A stretch of DNA of 64,000 bases from Mantamonas sphyraenae STR306 (lineage: Eukaryota > Protista > CRuMs), in NCBI GenBank assembly GCA_026936335.1, contig JAPMXV010000049.1, positions 248,001 to 312,000 of the forward strand, read 5' to 3'. Numbering within the stretch: position 1 is the first letter of the stretch; each line of letters opens with the position of its first letter. The notes below the pieces were generated by a model. It was not told the DNA's origin and ran no database searches. It saw only the letters and a list, made by a program, of their open reading frames with translations. This document shows, one piece after another, positions 23,101 through 38,100 of this stretch. The translations under genes and the position numbers were made by a program.

Positions 23101-26100
23101 GCGTAACTTCGTTCCAGATCCGCCTTGACTGCCAGCAACTGCTTCTCTCGCCCCTTCACCTCCGCCATCTCCACCTGCACCTCGCGCGCAAAGTCGGCCT
23201 TGCTCTCCAGTTGAGCCCGCAAACTGTCCACCGTGTCGCTCAACGCCCGCTTTTCTGTGCGCAGTTCGCCCACGCTGCTCTCGGCCACGCTCAAGCGCAG
23301 CTCCAACGCTTTGCGTTCACGCTCCGCATTAGTGCCTGCACCACGTTGGGTTTCTTCGCGTTGCGACGCCTCGTGCAGCGCCGTCCGTGCGCTCGCCAAC
23401 TCCATGTTCACCCCCTTCAGCTCGTGCTCCATCGTGCTACGCGCCTGTACCGCTTCATGCAGCTCGGTGCGTGCTTTTGCCAACTCGTCGTGCATCTTCC
23501 TTAGCCTCTCTTCCGTCTCCACGCGCATGCGTCGCTCTTGTACCAGCTGCTCCGCGTTGGCACTTGCCTCTTCATGCGCGCTGCCCATCGCCCCTCGGCT
23601 CTCGTCCAGCTGCGAGCGCATCATGTCAATTTCCGCGGCACGTCTGCTCACTTGTGTCTCCAGATCTTGCGTCAGGTCCTGTTCTGCCATGTAGTCACGC
23701 GTCACGCTGCGCAGCTCCGCGTTCGCTTCCGACAGCTGTTGCTCTGCCACACGCAACTGCTGCGTCGTTTCTTCCAGCGCGTGTGTCTTGTCCATCAGCT
23801 CGCTGTCTCGGGCCTGTCCTTCTGTCTCGGCCTCGCGCATGGCATCCTGCAGAGCGCTCGCGTCTGCCTTGACACTCTCCAAGCTCTCGCGCAGCTCTTG
23901 CAAACGCGCCTCACTGCTCAGCTGCACTTCTTGCAGTCGCGCAGAGGTACTCTTCAGCTCTGTTTGGCTCGCAAACAAAGCCTTGTCCATCTCTGCGTGC
24001 TTGTTGCGCAGCTCCTCGTTCGCCTCGCTCAGCTCTCGCACACGGCGCTTCAGATCCTCCGCGGTCGACTTCTCCTCTTCGTACGCGCTACTGCTGCGCG
24101 ACAGGCGCTCCAGCGCATCATCCAGCTCGCTGCTCAGCCTGTCTCGCTCCACCGCGTGCAAAGACACACTCTCCTTGTGCTCCTGTCGCAACGCATTCAG
24201 CGCCTTGTCACTGCTCGCTGCAGCATTGCGTGCACGCTCTGCCTCAACCTCTCGCTCCTCTGCATACTCGCGCAGTTCTGCAAGTCGAGACTCCCAACCC
24301 GTGCGCTCCTCCTCCCGCTCTGCTTGCAGCGCCTGCATCTGCGACGTCGCTTGCTTTGCCGTCCGCTTGGTCACCTTTTTCAGCTTGGTCACTTCTTCTT
24401 CAAGCGCCTTGCGCTCCGACCCCATCTCTTTCAAACCTTCTTGCATCACAGTCATCTCCGCTGCCAGCGCCTCCCGCCTTCCCAGCGCCTCCTTGTACGC
24501 ACGCGACAGTTTGCTCTTTTCGTGTTCCAGCTGCCGCTTGGAATCCACTTCTCGCCCTTGCTCCTCACGTAGACGCTGCGTAAGCTCCTTCAGCTCGTCC
24601 CTGGCCTCTCGCAGATGGTTGCACTCACTCTCCAGTCGTGCCTTTTCCACCTGCATCGCAGCGTGCGCCTCCTGCTGCGCGGCCATCTTGTCGTAAAGGT
24701 CTTGCATCGACTTTTCCATCGTCTTCTTTTCTTCTTGCAAACGGCTCAACTGCACCTGAAGCTGCTGTGTCTCGCTGCGTGTCCTCTTGCCAGCCGCACG
24801 TTCCTCTTCCACCCGCTGCGACAACCGCCCAATCTCCTTTTCCAACGATGCCTTTGCCTTTTCCTGCTGTGTCACCGCGGCCTGTGCCTCGCCCAGCTCG
24901 TTTCTCCAACTCCCGCACGCGTCCCATCTGATCGGCAAGTTCGGTCTCCCGGGCCTTGCTCTTCTCGTCCAGCTGGCGATGCATCTCCTCCAGTGACTGG
25001 TATCCCTCCATGGCACTGTCCAGCTGGGCCATCAGCTGGTGTCTCTGCTGCGCTTCGGCCTCCATGTGCATCTGCATGTTCACCAGCTCCATCTCTGCCT
25101 CCTGCTTCTCCGCGTGGATCGCTCGGAACCTTTCCGCCGCGCGTCGCAGGCTCGCTGCAAGCTCTTCTCGCTGCGTACGCAACGTCTCCAGCTCGCCTGC
25201 TCCTTGTTCCTTCGCCACCACCAGCTCCTGCAGCGATTCGTTCAGCGCTGCCGAGCTCTCCTCTAGTGCACGTTTTGACGACACCTCCTGCTCGTACTTG
25301 CGTTGCATCGCTGCAACCAACTCGTCGTGTTCGACCTGTTGTGCCTCAAACTTGGCGTCGTATGCCGTGCTAAGCGCAGCCAGATCCTCACCCAGTTTCG
25401 TTGCCTTTTCTTCTGCCACCCGTTTCTGGTGGGTTGCCACTTCAAGGTCATGCTCCAGCGCCTGTCGCTGCTGCACCATGACCTGAAGTTGTGCCTGCAG
25501 ATGCGCCTGGTTGCTATGGCCCACCTGGCGCTCGTGTTCCAGCTGCACCTGCAACGTTTGTCGCGCATTCTCTGCCTCTTGCCTTGCTCACGCAGCTCGT
25601 CACGCTCCCGCATCCACTGCTGACGCTCTCCCTCCATACTCTTCACTGCGGCGTCGTGCTTCTCTTGCAATGCTTCCAATCGCAACGACAGCTCCAGGGA
25701 CTGCTGCTCGCCCGCCTGCACCTTTTCCGTCAGGGTGCGGTGCTCGCGCGTGTTCTTCTCTCGCGCATCCACCATCGCCTTGCTGATCTCCTGCATCTGT
25801 GCCTCCACTCGCTTCTTTTGCTCCTCCATTCCCACGATCCGGTCTTCCAGCCTCTTGCGGTCGCCCTCGCCCACCTCCAGCAGGTACTTCTTCTCCGCCA
25901 CCTCGCTTTCCAGCCTCCCAATTGTCTCCTGTTTCGACGCCACTTCGCGCCGGCTCTCGTTCAAGGCCTTCTCTTGCTGCCCCAAGTGCTCTCGCAGCTG
26001 ATCCTGCTGCACTTGTGCCTCCACCTGCACCTCGTCCAGCTTGCGGCTCAGCTCCTTCATGCTTTGCCTCTTCTTGCGCAGCTTCTCTGCAATGGCGTTC

Positions 26101-29100
26101 ATCTCGGCCATGGCCTGCTCCTTTTCTTCTCTGGCTTTCGTCGCCTGCTCTTCCCACATGGATGCTTGTCGCTCTGCCTCGGCGCGGCTCTGCTCCCGTT
26201 TTACGCTCTCCTGCTCTGCGACAGCAAGTTGGTCTGCACGAGTTTGCAGCAGCGCCTCCAGCTTGCTCTTTTGCTGTGTCAACTCTTCGAAACGCGCAGT
26301 CAGCTTTTCTGCCTCGCTCAGCTTGTCGCTCATTGTGTTGAATTCGCTGTCCACCGAGCGCATGTCTGCTGTCAGCGATTCCATTTGCTCTTCCAGCTTG
26401 GACTTTTCGTTCATCAAGCTCGTGTACTCGATGCTCAATTGGTCAGCCGTCGTCTCCATTTCCTCCTTGGCCATCTTTTCCTGCTGGTATTCAAGCAGCA
26501 CCGCATTCAGGTCGGCTTGTACGCCGGCGTGCTCATCTCGAGCTTCCTGAAGGTTGTGCTGGCACGTTTCCAGCTCGTGCCGTGCCGCACGCAGCTGCTT
26601 GCTGCTGCTCTTCAGCTCCTTCTCCAGCTTGCTCTTGTTCTTTTCCAGCTCCGCAATCACTCCCACCTTCTTCACCAGCAACTGCTCGTTGCTCTCGTTG
26701 CGATCCTTTACTGTGCGCAGCTGCTCACTCAGCTGTCGCACATGCTCCTCCAGCATATCCGTGCGGGCCGTCATCTTGGCCACCGCCTGAGCTTGCTCGT
26801 GCGTCGCCTCGTGCAGCCGCTGCACCTCTGCATCCAGACTCGCCTGCTGCTTTTGCGCCGTGTCTCGTTCTTGCTTCAGCATTGCCGCACGTTCTTCAGC
26901 TGCTGCCATTGCATCGGTGGCCAATTCCAGCTTGCTCGACAGCATCTGGATGCGCTGTGCAGACGACTGCATGCGCTCGTCCATCTCTCGTCGCTCCACG
27001 TCAAACTGCTGGTGCACATACACCAGCTGCGCCTGCAGTTGCAGCAATTCCTCCCCTGTGCTCGTGGCAACAATTTGCGTGCGCTCCGCCATGTTCATGT
27101 ACGGACGCAGCTCGCTGATCTGTTGTGCCTGGTGACTCAGTTGCTCAAACGTGGCCTCAAGGCTCGCCTGTGCGCGCACGCTCTGCCGAGACATCCTCTC
27201 GTTCAGCTTCAACACCACACGCTGGATGCGCCCGTGCTCCAGTTCCATGCGCGCGTGTCGCTTTCGTGTGTGCACCAATTCCGCTTGTAGATCCTCCACA
27301 CGCTTGCGTGACACCTGCAATTCCGCTTCCAGAGCGTCGTGGTCCACGTGTCGAGCCCTCGCATCCGCCAAGACCTCGTCCAGCGTCGTCGTCACTGCGG
27401 CCACCTCGTTCTCTAGGCCCTGGTTGCGCAGGTATGCGTCGATATACGCCTCGCGCATCGAGTGCATGTCCATTTCGTTGCTGCGCAGAGCGTTTGCCAG
27501 TTCCTCTTGGATGTGTCTCGCGTCCTGCGCACTGATTTCCGACTGAGACGCAGCCGCATCGTGCTCCTTCCGCAGCCTTTCTCGCTCTTCCTCCAGCTTG
27601 CGCTTGCTGCGCTTTGCACTCTTCAGCTCCTTTTGTGTTTCGGCCAGCTGCTTCTCCACCTGTCGAGCACGTCCTGCCATCTCCCGCAGCCGCGTGGCTT
27701 CGGCCTCCTTCTCCGCCTGACGCTTCGCAAACTCCTTGTTCGTTTCCTGCAGGCCCGCCACCATGCGCGAGCTCTCTTCCAAGGACGCACTCAAAGATTC
27801 GCGCTCTCGCGTTATCTCTTCCAGTGCCTCCTCGAATTTCTTCTTGTCCGTTCGCCGCGCCTTGCGCACGCGTCCCAGATCCTCCTTCGTCTTTTCCAGC
27901 TGTTCTGCCAACGCGTCCCTTTCCAACTCGGCTTGTTGCACGCGCTCACTCAGACCCTCGGCTTCCCGCATGTGCTCCTGTGCCAGTGTCATTTGCTCGT
28001 CGCGTTCCACACTCAGTGACTCAGCCGCGCTGCTGGCCTTGCTCGCCTTGCCACTCAAAAGACGGTTCGCTTCCACCAAGCGCTCATTCAGCTCTCGTTC
28101 TTCCTTCAACTGGCCATGAACGAGGTCCAGCGCATCCTGTTGTTCTCGGTGGCTTCGTTTCAACGCGTCCCGTTCGCTCTGCGCTTCCTGCGCTTCCTCC
28201 ATGCTTCCGTGCAACTCCCTCTGGATGTCTTCCAGGGCCTCGCGCAGCGCTGTGCTCTGTTCTCGCAGCGTTTCCAGCTCCTGGGACTCTAGAGCCTCGG
28301 TTTTGCGAAGTTCGCCCAGATCGGCAAGCTGCTGCTTCACCTCGGCCTCTGCCCGCTCTGCACGCTGTAGTGTTTGCTCCAGCTGGCGCAACGTGCTCTT
28401 ACGCTCCGTTTCCGATGCGCGTAGCTCTGCCCGCAGCGACGCAACTTCGTCCGTGAGCGCCACGACGCGAGCCCTTGCGGCCTCCACCTCTTGTGTGCGC
28501 TCGCTCAACACATGCTCCATCTCTCGCTTTACGCGGTTCTCACTCGTCAGTCTAGAAGCCACTGTTGTGAGACCCCGATGTTGCTCCTGCAGCTTCTCCT
28601 GTGCTTCGGCCAGGCGCGCATTGGCGATCTCCAGATCTTGCGCAAAATGCGCACCCTGCGACTCGCTCTGCTGCAGCTCTGCTTCTACGCGCTCTGCGCG
28701 TTCGCGCGTCGAATCCAGTGCAGTTTGTGTTTCCTCATGTGTCGTTTCCAGTTGTTGGTGCGCATCGCGCAGAGCGTACAGTTCTGCGATCAACGGCTCC
28801 ATTGCAGCCACCCGTTCGGCCAAAGCGACACGTTCAGCCTCAGCTTCCTTTCCCATCCGCGTACTCTCTCCCAGTTCATGAGCAAGCGTGCTGCACTGGT
28901 CTTCCAGATCCCGAGCGCGCTCTTCCTGACTGTTTGCCCGACGCTGTTGCTCGAGCGATTCCGCGTCTGCTCGCACCAGCGCCTCTTCTGCTTCATGGCA
29001 CCTGCTCGTCATGGCTCCCAATTGACTGTGCAAATCCGCCATGGTAGCAGAGGCGGCACGGCTGGCCTCGTGCACCGCCTCTAGCTCTGCCTCGCGCTCC

Positions 29101-32100
29101 TTCGCTTCGTTCTGCACCGCATCTAGCACGCCACGGGTGTGTTCCACTTCCATACGCAGTCCTTGTGTCATTTGACGCAGTGTATCCATGGTTTCACCTC
29201 CTTGCTCCAGCAATGCCTGCGCTTCTGCTAACGCCGCCGCAGTCGAGTTGCTCCTTTCCGCAAACGCTCGTGCCACGTCGCGCACGTCCAACTGCGCAGC
29301 ATCAACCATGTCATCGTTCCCAAACAATTGCACCACAAATGCTTGTGCCTCCACAAGCGACGCACACTCTTGGGTGCGTGCCTCGAGTTTGGCGGCCAAT
29401 GTGTCCCGAACGGAATTGGATTCTGCCAGCTCCGCCCGCAGTGACTCTTCGCGTGCTCCAGCTTTCGTCGCGCTCGCTTCTGCTTCGCTCTGTGCCTTTT
29501 GCAGCGCCACCTCCAACTCTGCGCGCTCCTGGTCCCACTGCCGCTGCGACGTTCTCTTTCTGTTCTTCAGTTGCTGCGCCACCTCAGATGCTTCTCGTTT
29601 GCCTGCAGCTTCAGCCTCCAGCAAAGCTTTGGTTTCTTTCAGCTCCGCGCGCAGCGTCTTGCACTGGGAGGCCAGCTTTTCACGTTCTTCGGTGGTTCGG
29701 CCCAACTCCACTGTCTGCTCCTCAACGGCTTTCGCTGCCTCTTCTGCCTGTTTGCTCATGCGTTCCAGGCTGATGCGTCGTTCGTTCAACTCCCGTTCCG
29801 TGTCATCTGCACGCTCACGCTCTTGCTTCAACTCCCGCTTCAGCTCGTCCTCGTTGCGCACACGTGTCTCCAGCTCCGCGCGCATCGCCTCCTCGTGGTC
29901 ACTCGCCCGATGCAACTGGTCTTGCAATCCTTGCACTCGTTCCAGCGCCACCGCAAGTTCAGTTGACATGCGCTGTCGTTCACCCTCAGCTTCACGCAGT
30001 TCGTCACGCATGCGTTCTTCACGCTTCTTTGCCGCCGCCGTGCTTTCGCTCTCTGCCGCTCGAAGCGTCCCGATCTGTGCATCCTGGTGCTCCAGCTGAC
30101 TCTCTGCCTCCACGCGCCCTGCTTCGCTTATCTGCAGCTCCCCAGTCAATCGAGCCACCTCCGCCTTGGCCGCGTCCCGCTCGTCAATGCATCCCTCCAG
30201 CTGCGCTCGCGTCTCCTGCAAAGCCTTGGAAGTCGCCACCCACTGTTGGGTCTTGGATTCCACGTCTGCCTCCAGGCCAGCCACTGTGCGCTTCATGCGG
30301 CTCACCTGATCCGCTTGCACATCCATGCCCTCACGCAGCTGCTCCGCCTCTGCCTCCAGCTCGCTAACGCGCAGCCTTGCTTCCTCCAAATCGACTTCCC
30401 GCTCCTCCAACTGCGCCTTTGCATCCGTCAACTGCGACTCCAGCTGGCTCACCTTTGGCCGCAGCGTGTTGCGCTCGTCTTCCACTTGCTTCAGCGAGAT
30501 TTGATGCTGCTCAAGCACCATCTGCGTCTGCTCGAGCTCGGCATGCACACTTTCCAGCTCCGCTTCCACAGTTTCGTTCTTTTCCGTCAGCCGGGCCACC
30601 TTCTCGCCTGTTTTCATCGATACAACCTCTTCTTTGTGGCGCTCCTGCTCTGTTTGCTTCAGCAACACGTCAAGCTTGGCGTTGTGTTCACGCAGCGCAC
30701 GCACTTCTTCTGTCTGCTGAGCAACCTGTTCAGCGAGCTGCGTCACACGAGACTGCACATGAGGCAGCTGCGACGCAAGTCCCTGTACTGACTCCAGCTC
30801 TGCCAGACGTGCCGACAACTCGGCGTTTACCGCGTCATGCGATGCAACAACCTCGGAAAGCGTCCGTCCTTGTTCTTCCCACGCCTGCTTCACCTCGTCG
30901 TGAGCCGCACGTGCGTTCAGAAGCGTTTTGCGCAACTCGGCACATTGCTGCGCGCTTTCGTCCAGCTCCTTGTTTGTCCGTGCGTTGTCTTCCACCTGTT
31001 GACGCAACGCCTCGTGCACCATCACATTCTGTGCCTGCAGTTCACGTGCCTCTGTTTCCTGCCTCTGCACAACAGCCTCCAAGTCTCGGTGTGCCATGTA
31101 CAGGCCTTCGCTGCGCTCGCGTGCTGCTGCAAGGTCCTCTTGCAAACTGTGGATGCTTGCAACGTCCTGACTGTGCACCGCGGCCGCGTGGCTCACCTCG
31201 AGGCTCAGCTTTTCGCAGCGTCCTTCACTCAAGCGAAGCGCTTCTTCCAACGCCTGCCTCTGTTCTGCAAGCTGGCCTGTCACGCTGTCCCGTTCCACGC
31301 TTTCCTGCATTTGCATCTCTGCAGCTTTTCGGTTTTGCTTCTTCATCAGTTGCACCTGGCTGTCAAGGCGCTCGATCGTCTCACTCTTCATCTCGCTCTC
31401 CTTTGCCAACTCCGCTAGGTTCACTCTGGCCGCCTCAAACTGTTTCTGCGTACGCTTGAGGTCTCCCTCACTCTTCTTCAGTGCCTTTTGGCTGCTTGCC
31501 AATGAACTGCTGCTCGTCTCCAGCTCCAGCTGCATGTCCGTCACCTGCGCACTCAACCTCTCGGTCTCTTCGGCCCACTGCCTTTGTGCATCAGACAGTG
31601 CCGTCGCTGTCGATTGTCCCGAGCTCTCCGACTCGGCCAACTTGCTCTTTGTTTCTTCCAGCTGCTGGGCAAGTGCCACTCCATGCGCCCGACATTTCTC
31701 CAGTGCCTCGCGCAGCTCGTCCCTTTCCGCCTCCATCTGCGTGTGAGCCACACCCAGCGCCCCGTGTTCACCCTGCAGGGTGCCGTGTGCTCCAGTTATC
31801 TGCGCCAACTGGTGGTTGCTCTGTTTCAACGCCTCTCGCATCTCGTCTATCGTCCTTTGTCGCTCTGCAGCCACGCTCTCGCTCTGTTCAAGCTTGCTCT
31901 GCAACGTCGTGCGCTCCTTTTCCAGTTCTGCAATGGTGGAGGCCCCTTCGCTGGCTTCACTGCGCGACACAGCCAACTGCGCCGTCAGATCTTCCACCTG
32001 CCCGGCCAGCGCCTCGATCTGTGCATGCGCCTGAGTTGCCTCTTGTGTCTTTGAAGCCAAGGCCTCGCTCGCTCGCTCGTGGCTTCCCTTTTCCTCCGCC

Positions 32101-35100
32101 AGCATTTCGTTCACCTCGCGGTTTTCCTTGCGCTCACGCATCAGCAGCGCCACCTTGTGCTCCAGCTCCTTCTCCACACTTTCGTGCGTCACGCACAACG
32201 CATCATGCTGTGCCTCCAGCTCAACGCGCACTTGCCTCTCTTCCTCCAGCTCGTCGTACACCCGTGCCAGCTCGATTTGATCGGACTGGAACTGCTGCAG
32301 CAACTGCTCATGTTGTGGCGTCAAATCCCGAAGTGCTGCCACCAGTTGCTGCTTGTCTGCCTCGGTGGCATCCAGACTGTGCTGCGTCTTGCCCAGTCGC
32401 TGTTCCAGCCGTTCAATAGACTCGCGCGCGAGTTCCAGTCCGCGCGATGCGTTCGCCAGCTCCTCCACCTTTACCGCGAGGTCTCGTTTGACCTTGGCCA
32501 GATTTCCCTGTACGCTTTCAAGTTCTGCTGCCAGCTGCTCGTTACTCTCTTCCTTTTGCTCCACCTCTTGGCTCAGTGCCTCGCCGTGCGCGCGAGCTTC
32601 TGCCAACTGGGTTTCCACTTGGGCAAGCTGTTGCGTCAGCGCATGCACCTCGTCCACAGCTGCTGCATGGCTTGCCGACAGCTCGCCGTGATCCTTCTCG
32701 GCGGCCGCAAGTTGCTTTTGTGCGTTTTCGTACGCATCCAGCAGCTGCTCGTGCTCATTTTGCAGGGTATCCAGCTCCCGTTGCCCGCTCTTGACCAGAG
32801 TCTGCAGATGGTTCTGCTTGTGCTCACTAGCCTCGAGCTCCTCTTGCAATTGCGCTGCAGCCTCTTCATGTGCCTTGACCTGCTTCTCCAGCGAGTGCAT
32901 CTGCCGCGTCACATTCTTCAATTTCGACTCGCTGTTGCGGTACATCTCCTGGAATTTGCGCTTTGCGTTCTTCAGATTCTCCAGCGGTGTTCCAGGACGA
33001 TCTCCACCGCGGCGGCTCGACCCGGCGCTGCCGCCAAAATCGCTTGCACCGCCTCGCCCGCCGCCACTGCTCATCGGCCGCTCGTCGTCCGTGTCTGTTT
33101 CACTTTCGCTCTCGCCTGTGTCTCCTGCACCGAAGCTGCTGCTGCGCCTGCCTGACCGCTCACGATCGTTGCCCGGAAGTACTCGTGCTCGTGGCAGACG
33201 CAGGGTCTCTGCATCCACGCGTCGGTCCTCCTCGATCTGCATCCATTCGTTCCCGCTCACGACATCCGGCTCAATTGCAGACGGTGTCTTCTTGGCCACT
33301 GCGTGCGTTTGCCGCTCCACGCGCTCTTCCTCCTCGCCTTGCCACTGCTCGCAGCCAAACCCGTCGCCCAGCATTGCACGCGCGCGTGCACACATTGCGC
33401 ATGTCCTTGTGTCATGTGCTCCTTTTGTACCTCGCGGTGTGTTGTCGTTCGATCCGGAGACACCGGGGCGTGTTTGGCTCACGTCTGCGTTGCCCCGCGT
33501 GCCCACGGCAATCTCCAGCGCCGTGTTGCGCTCCAACAGCTCAAGTACCTGTTTTCTGAACGCTTCTGCACTATGTTCCGCTGCCTCGCGTGCTTCTGCC
33601 GCTGCCGCTGCCTCATCCCCTCGGATTCGTGCTTGCAACTCTGCATCGCTCAACTGTTGCTCGACGGACTGCAACTCGCTTTCCAGGCTGCGAACGCGTT
33701 CCTCAAGGCCTTTGATTGCCTCAGAGGACTCCCGCTCAAGCTGGCCCAGCCGTTCCGATGACACGGCCAGCTCGTGCTGAACTCGCTTCAGTGTGCTGTC
33801 GCCCTGTTGCACCTTGTCCACAAGCACACGGTTGGCCTCCTCAGCAGCCGCCAGCTGTCGCTGTACACTCTCACACTGCTGCTCAGCAGCATGTGCTCGT
33901 CGCTGCCACTGTTCTGCGGCCTGGTTGGCTTGCGTGCGCTTCTCGCTCTCCACCGCGTGCATCACTTGGAGCCGCTCCAGTTGCTCCCGCAGCGTGCTCA
34001 GTTGTGTTTCGTTGCGCACGTTGCTCGCCTGCAGCCGCTCATAGTTGCTGCGCAGCACGGCCAACTCAAGTGTGTACTCGCCCAGCGTGCTGTTCAAGCT
34101 GCTGTTTGCCTCCCGTTCACGGTTGCGCTCTGCCTCCACGGTCTCCAGCTCCTCTTGTGCCGCGCTCATCTCGCGACGAGCACGTTGCAGTTCCTTGGAC
34201 ACCGCCTGCTGATCGCGCGTTGCTGTCGCCACGCGTTCTCGGTACTCTTCTGCCCGTTCTTGCTCCCCAGCTGCCATTTGATCCTCAAGTCGCTCCAACT
34301 GCTCTTCCAACGCACGCTTAGCTCCTTCCAGCGTGCCAATCGCCCCTCAGTTGCCTCGCGCTCGCCCCTCTCGCGCGCCACCTCTTCGCGCAAGTGGCCC
34401 TGTACATTGCGGGCCTCCGTCACTTGCCGCTTGAGGCGCTTCACTTCGCCTTCCAGCGCCTCCACACGTTCCACCGCCGCCGCCAGCGCTTCTTTCGCTT
34501 CCTTGTGCGCTAGCTGCTCGTCACACAAAAGAAGGTTGGCTCGAGCCTCCAGTGCATGCAGTCGTGCTGCTTCTTCCTGCACCTTGGCCAGCGCAGCACC
34601 GTTGTCGCGCACCTTGCGCACGTTCCGCTCCAGATCATGTTGCAACTGCTCCACGCTCTCACGCAGGTTTTGGTTTGCCCACAACATGACATGCGCCTCG
34701 TTGCGCAGCTCTGCCATCGCCTCTTCCTGAGCCTGTGCTTGCTGATCGCGCAGCTGAAGCTGCGCAAATGTTTCCTGCAGCTCCGCGGCCATAGACTTGA
34801 CTGTCCATTCCAACTGTCGCGTTTCGTCCTTCAAGGCACGCATCGACTCGGTGTACTCGCGCTTGTTCTTGGAAAGCTCCTTTCGCGTTGACGTGTCGAG
34901 CGCGGATGCTGCACGCTCTGCAGCGTCCAGTTCGCTTTGCTTTGAGGCCAGAGCAGCACGCAGGCCAGACACTGTGCCCTGCGTGCGTTCCAGCTCCGCA
35001 CGCAACCAGTGCTCACTCTCCATGCTCCCGTGAGCCAGAGCCTCCGCCTCTTCCCTCGCCGCAACGTCCTTGTTCCACTCGTCCCGCGTCCATGCAAGCT

Positions 35101-38100
35101 CGCTCTGTGCCTCCATTGCACGTGTCGCCCACTTTGCCTTTTGATCCGACACTGCCATCACCTCCACGCGGTTCTTTTCCACACGTACACGCAATGCCCG
35201 CACCTCTCCCTCCAAGGCCTCCTGTACCACATGGCTCCTCTGCTTCTCGTTCAACGCATGCTCCAATTGCTTCTCTACATGAGCCATCAGTGCATACACC
35301 TTGGCCGCCTTGTCGTCCGCCTTCAAGTCTACCGCCGCTGCACGTGCCATTGCCTCGCGCGCCTCTTGCTCTCGCGCAGCCGCTGTTGCTTGTCCTCGCA
35401 ACAGCTCCTCGCGTTCCAAGGCCAACGCGTGACATCTGCCTTGCGCTTCAACGGCCTCGCCGTGCAAGCGCTCTCCCTCGGCTTGCGCCGCCTCCAGCTT
35501 CTTTTGCAAATCTCCCATTGTCGTTGTCAGACGTTCCACGCGCACGGACAGATCGTCCGCGCGTTTCTCCTGTTTGTCCGCTCGCTCTGTCGCATCGGTG
35601 CGCTCCTGCTCTGTGCGTGCGTGCACACGGCGCACCTCGTCCAGAGCAGACAGCGTTGCAGCCAGTTCGCCCGCCAACTCGCGCTCTCGCTGCTCCAATT
35701 CTGTGCGCTGCGCCTGCAGCCCGTCCAACAGGCCAGACACGTGTTCGCGGTATGCCTGTTGCTCTTCCACCTGCTCTTCCAGAGCAGTCACCTTACGTGC
35801 CAACGATGCGGCCTCCACCGCACTTTCTTCGGCATTCGCCTCCGCCTGTGCCTTTTGTACGCTCAGTTCCACGTTTTCCGCCTCAGTCTGTGCATGTGCT
35901 TCTTCGCGCAGCTTGATCTCACGCTCTGTCTGCCTCAACCGCTCCTCCAGCTTCTGCAGCTCTTGCGCCAAGGATCCCGATGAACTCGACAGATCCCGCT
36001 TCGCTTCCTCCTGCTCCTCCAGCACTTTGTTCAGTGCTCTGCGTCCCGCCTCGGAGCGCTCCAGGTCTTCTCGTGCTCGTTTCAACTGTGTCTTGGCAAT
36101 TTCAAGAGCGCCTGCTGTTTCTCGCAGACTGCGCTCCTGCGCCTCCTGCGCCTCCTGCTTCTCCCGCAACGCCGTCTGTGCACCCTCAAGCCTCTCCAGT
36201 GCAAGAACGTGTGCGCTGTTCAGCGTTTCGTACTCCTCTGCAAGTTTTCGGTTGCTGCTGTTGAGAGCCGACGCTTGGTTGCTCAACGCCTCGTGTGCCT
36301 TTGCCAGCTTGTGCACCTCTCGCGCCGTGTGTCCCCCTCCTTGCGCACCTGCTCCAGGGCAACCTCCGATTCTTCACGCTGCTTGCGTTCCTGCTCCAGC
36401 AGCGATTCGGCCTCCTTCAAGCTTGCCCGCAGCTTTTGGCATTGCTTTTCAGCACGCTCGCGCCCTTCTCGCTCCCGCTTCGCCTGCACGCTTACACTCG
36501 ACACCTCCCCTTGTGCACCCGAGGCCTCGCCTTGCAGTCGTGTCGCCTCTTCCTCGGCCTTCTTCAGAGCTGCCAAGCATCGCTTCAGTTCCGATTCCTG
36601 CCTTGCGATTTCCTTGTCCCGCAGCGCAAGCTCCCGCCTAAGCTCCGTTGCCGCCTCATCATGCTTGGACGTGGCCTCTTTCAATTCTCCACGCGCATGC
36701 GACAGCGCAGCCTCAAGCTCTCGATGCCCTCGTTCCAGCGCACGCTTCTCTTCCTTCAGCGCTTTCACCTGCTCGCCCGCAAACGCCTCTGTGCGCGCCG
36801 CATCGGTCGCGTTCAGCGCGTTGCTCTCGCTCATGTCGTTCTCCTTCAGCAGCAATCCCGATGTGTTGGTGGACAGCTCTGTGCTCATCGCTAGGCGAGT
36901 CAAACGCAGCTGTTCCACAGCACTTGGCAATCCTGAGTGGGCCCCCTTAACAGGTGTCGATTCGCCCACAGCGCCTCCGTCTCCTGCAACGGCACTCGTC
37001 ATCGTGCCTCGTGCCATTTCAACCTCAAACGCGTGCTCCTGTGCCATCATCTCCAGTGCGTGGTTGTGCTTTGCCACAAGATCCGCAATCTCTTCCTTCA
37101 GCGCCTTTTCACGTGCTTGGCTGCGCTGCAGTCGACCTTCCAGATCTTCTCGCACACCGTTCCACGCCTTTTCAGCCTTCTCCTCCGCACGGCGCAGCTC
37201 ATCCAGCTCGCCCTGTGAGACCAGCAGCTCGCTCTCAACCTCTCGCTCTCGAATCTCGGCGTTCAAAAGCGCGCTCTTTTGCTTCCTGGCCACCTCTGTC
37301 TGCTTGCGCAGCTCCATCTTGAGACGGTCCATTTCGCGTCGCACACGGCTGGCCTCGGCTTCCACCTCTTGCACGATCTGGCGGCTCACGCTTACGCGCG
37401 TAACCGTGTCCTGCGCCTCGCCCTCCACCCCGTGTGCACTTTGCTCTGCGCCCGCCCACTTCATCATGCGCGTCACCTTGCGCAACTGTGAGTTCTCCAC
37501 AGTCAACCTCTCTGTGATGCGTGCAAACTCTTCGCGCTCGCTGCTCAGGCGCTCAATTTGCTGCTCACACGTTTGAAGGCCCCGTCGCAGCTGCTCTGCT
37601 TCAGCCAGCAGGCCGCGCACCTCCTGGTTGTTGGATCGCCCACCGCGTCCTTCGTTCTGACGGCTGGCTTCCCGAAGGGTGCTCTCCGCTCGTCCTTCCG
37701 CAAGCTCGTCCAGCTTCTTGCGCGTGTTCTGGTGCGCAAAACACTCGTTCTCAAAGTTGGTGCTCATTTTCATCAGTTGTTCCTGCAGCACGCCCCGTTC
37801 GTGCACCAGACCTTCGTGCGAACGCTGCAGCTGCGACATTTGTTCGCGATGGCGCCTCTCGCCGCTTTGTCGCTGTTCGCGTTCCTGTTCGTACTTCTGT
37901 CGCCAGTTCTCCATGTCTGCCTTCATCTGCTTGTTGCTGTCCAGCATTGTGCGCATTGCCTTGCCCTGGCGCAGTCGGCTCTCTGCCGCTTGCCGCAGCT
38001 CCTCTTCCGCACGCTCCAATTGAGCCTGCAGCTCTGCACTCGCCCCGCTCACCTGCGCCACCTTTTCGTTCAACGACTCCTTTTGGAACGATTCCCGTTC

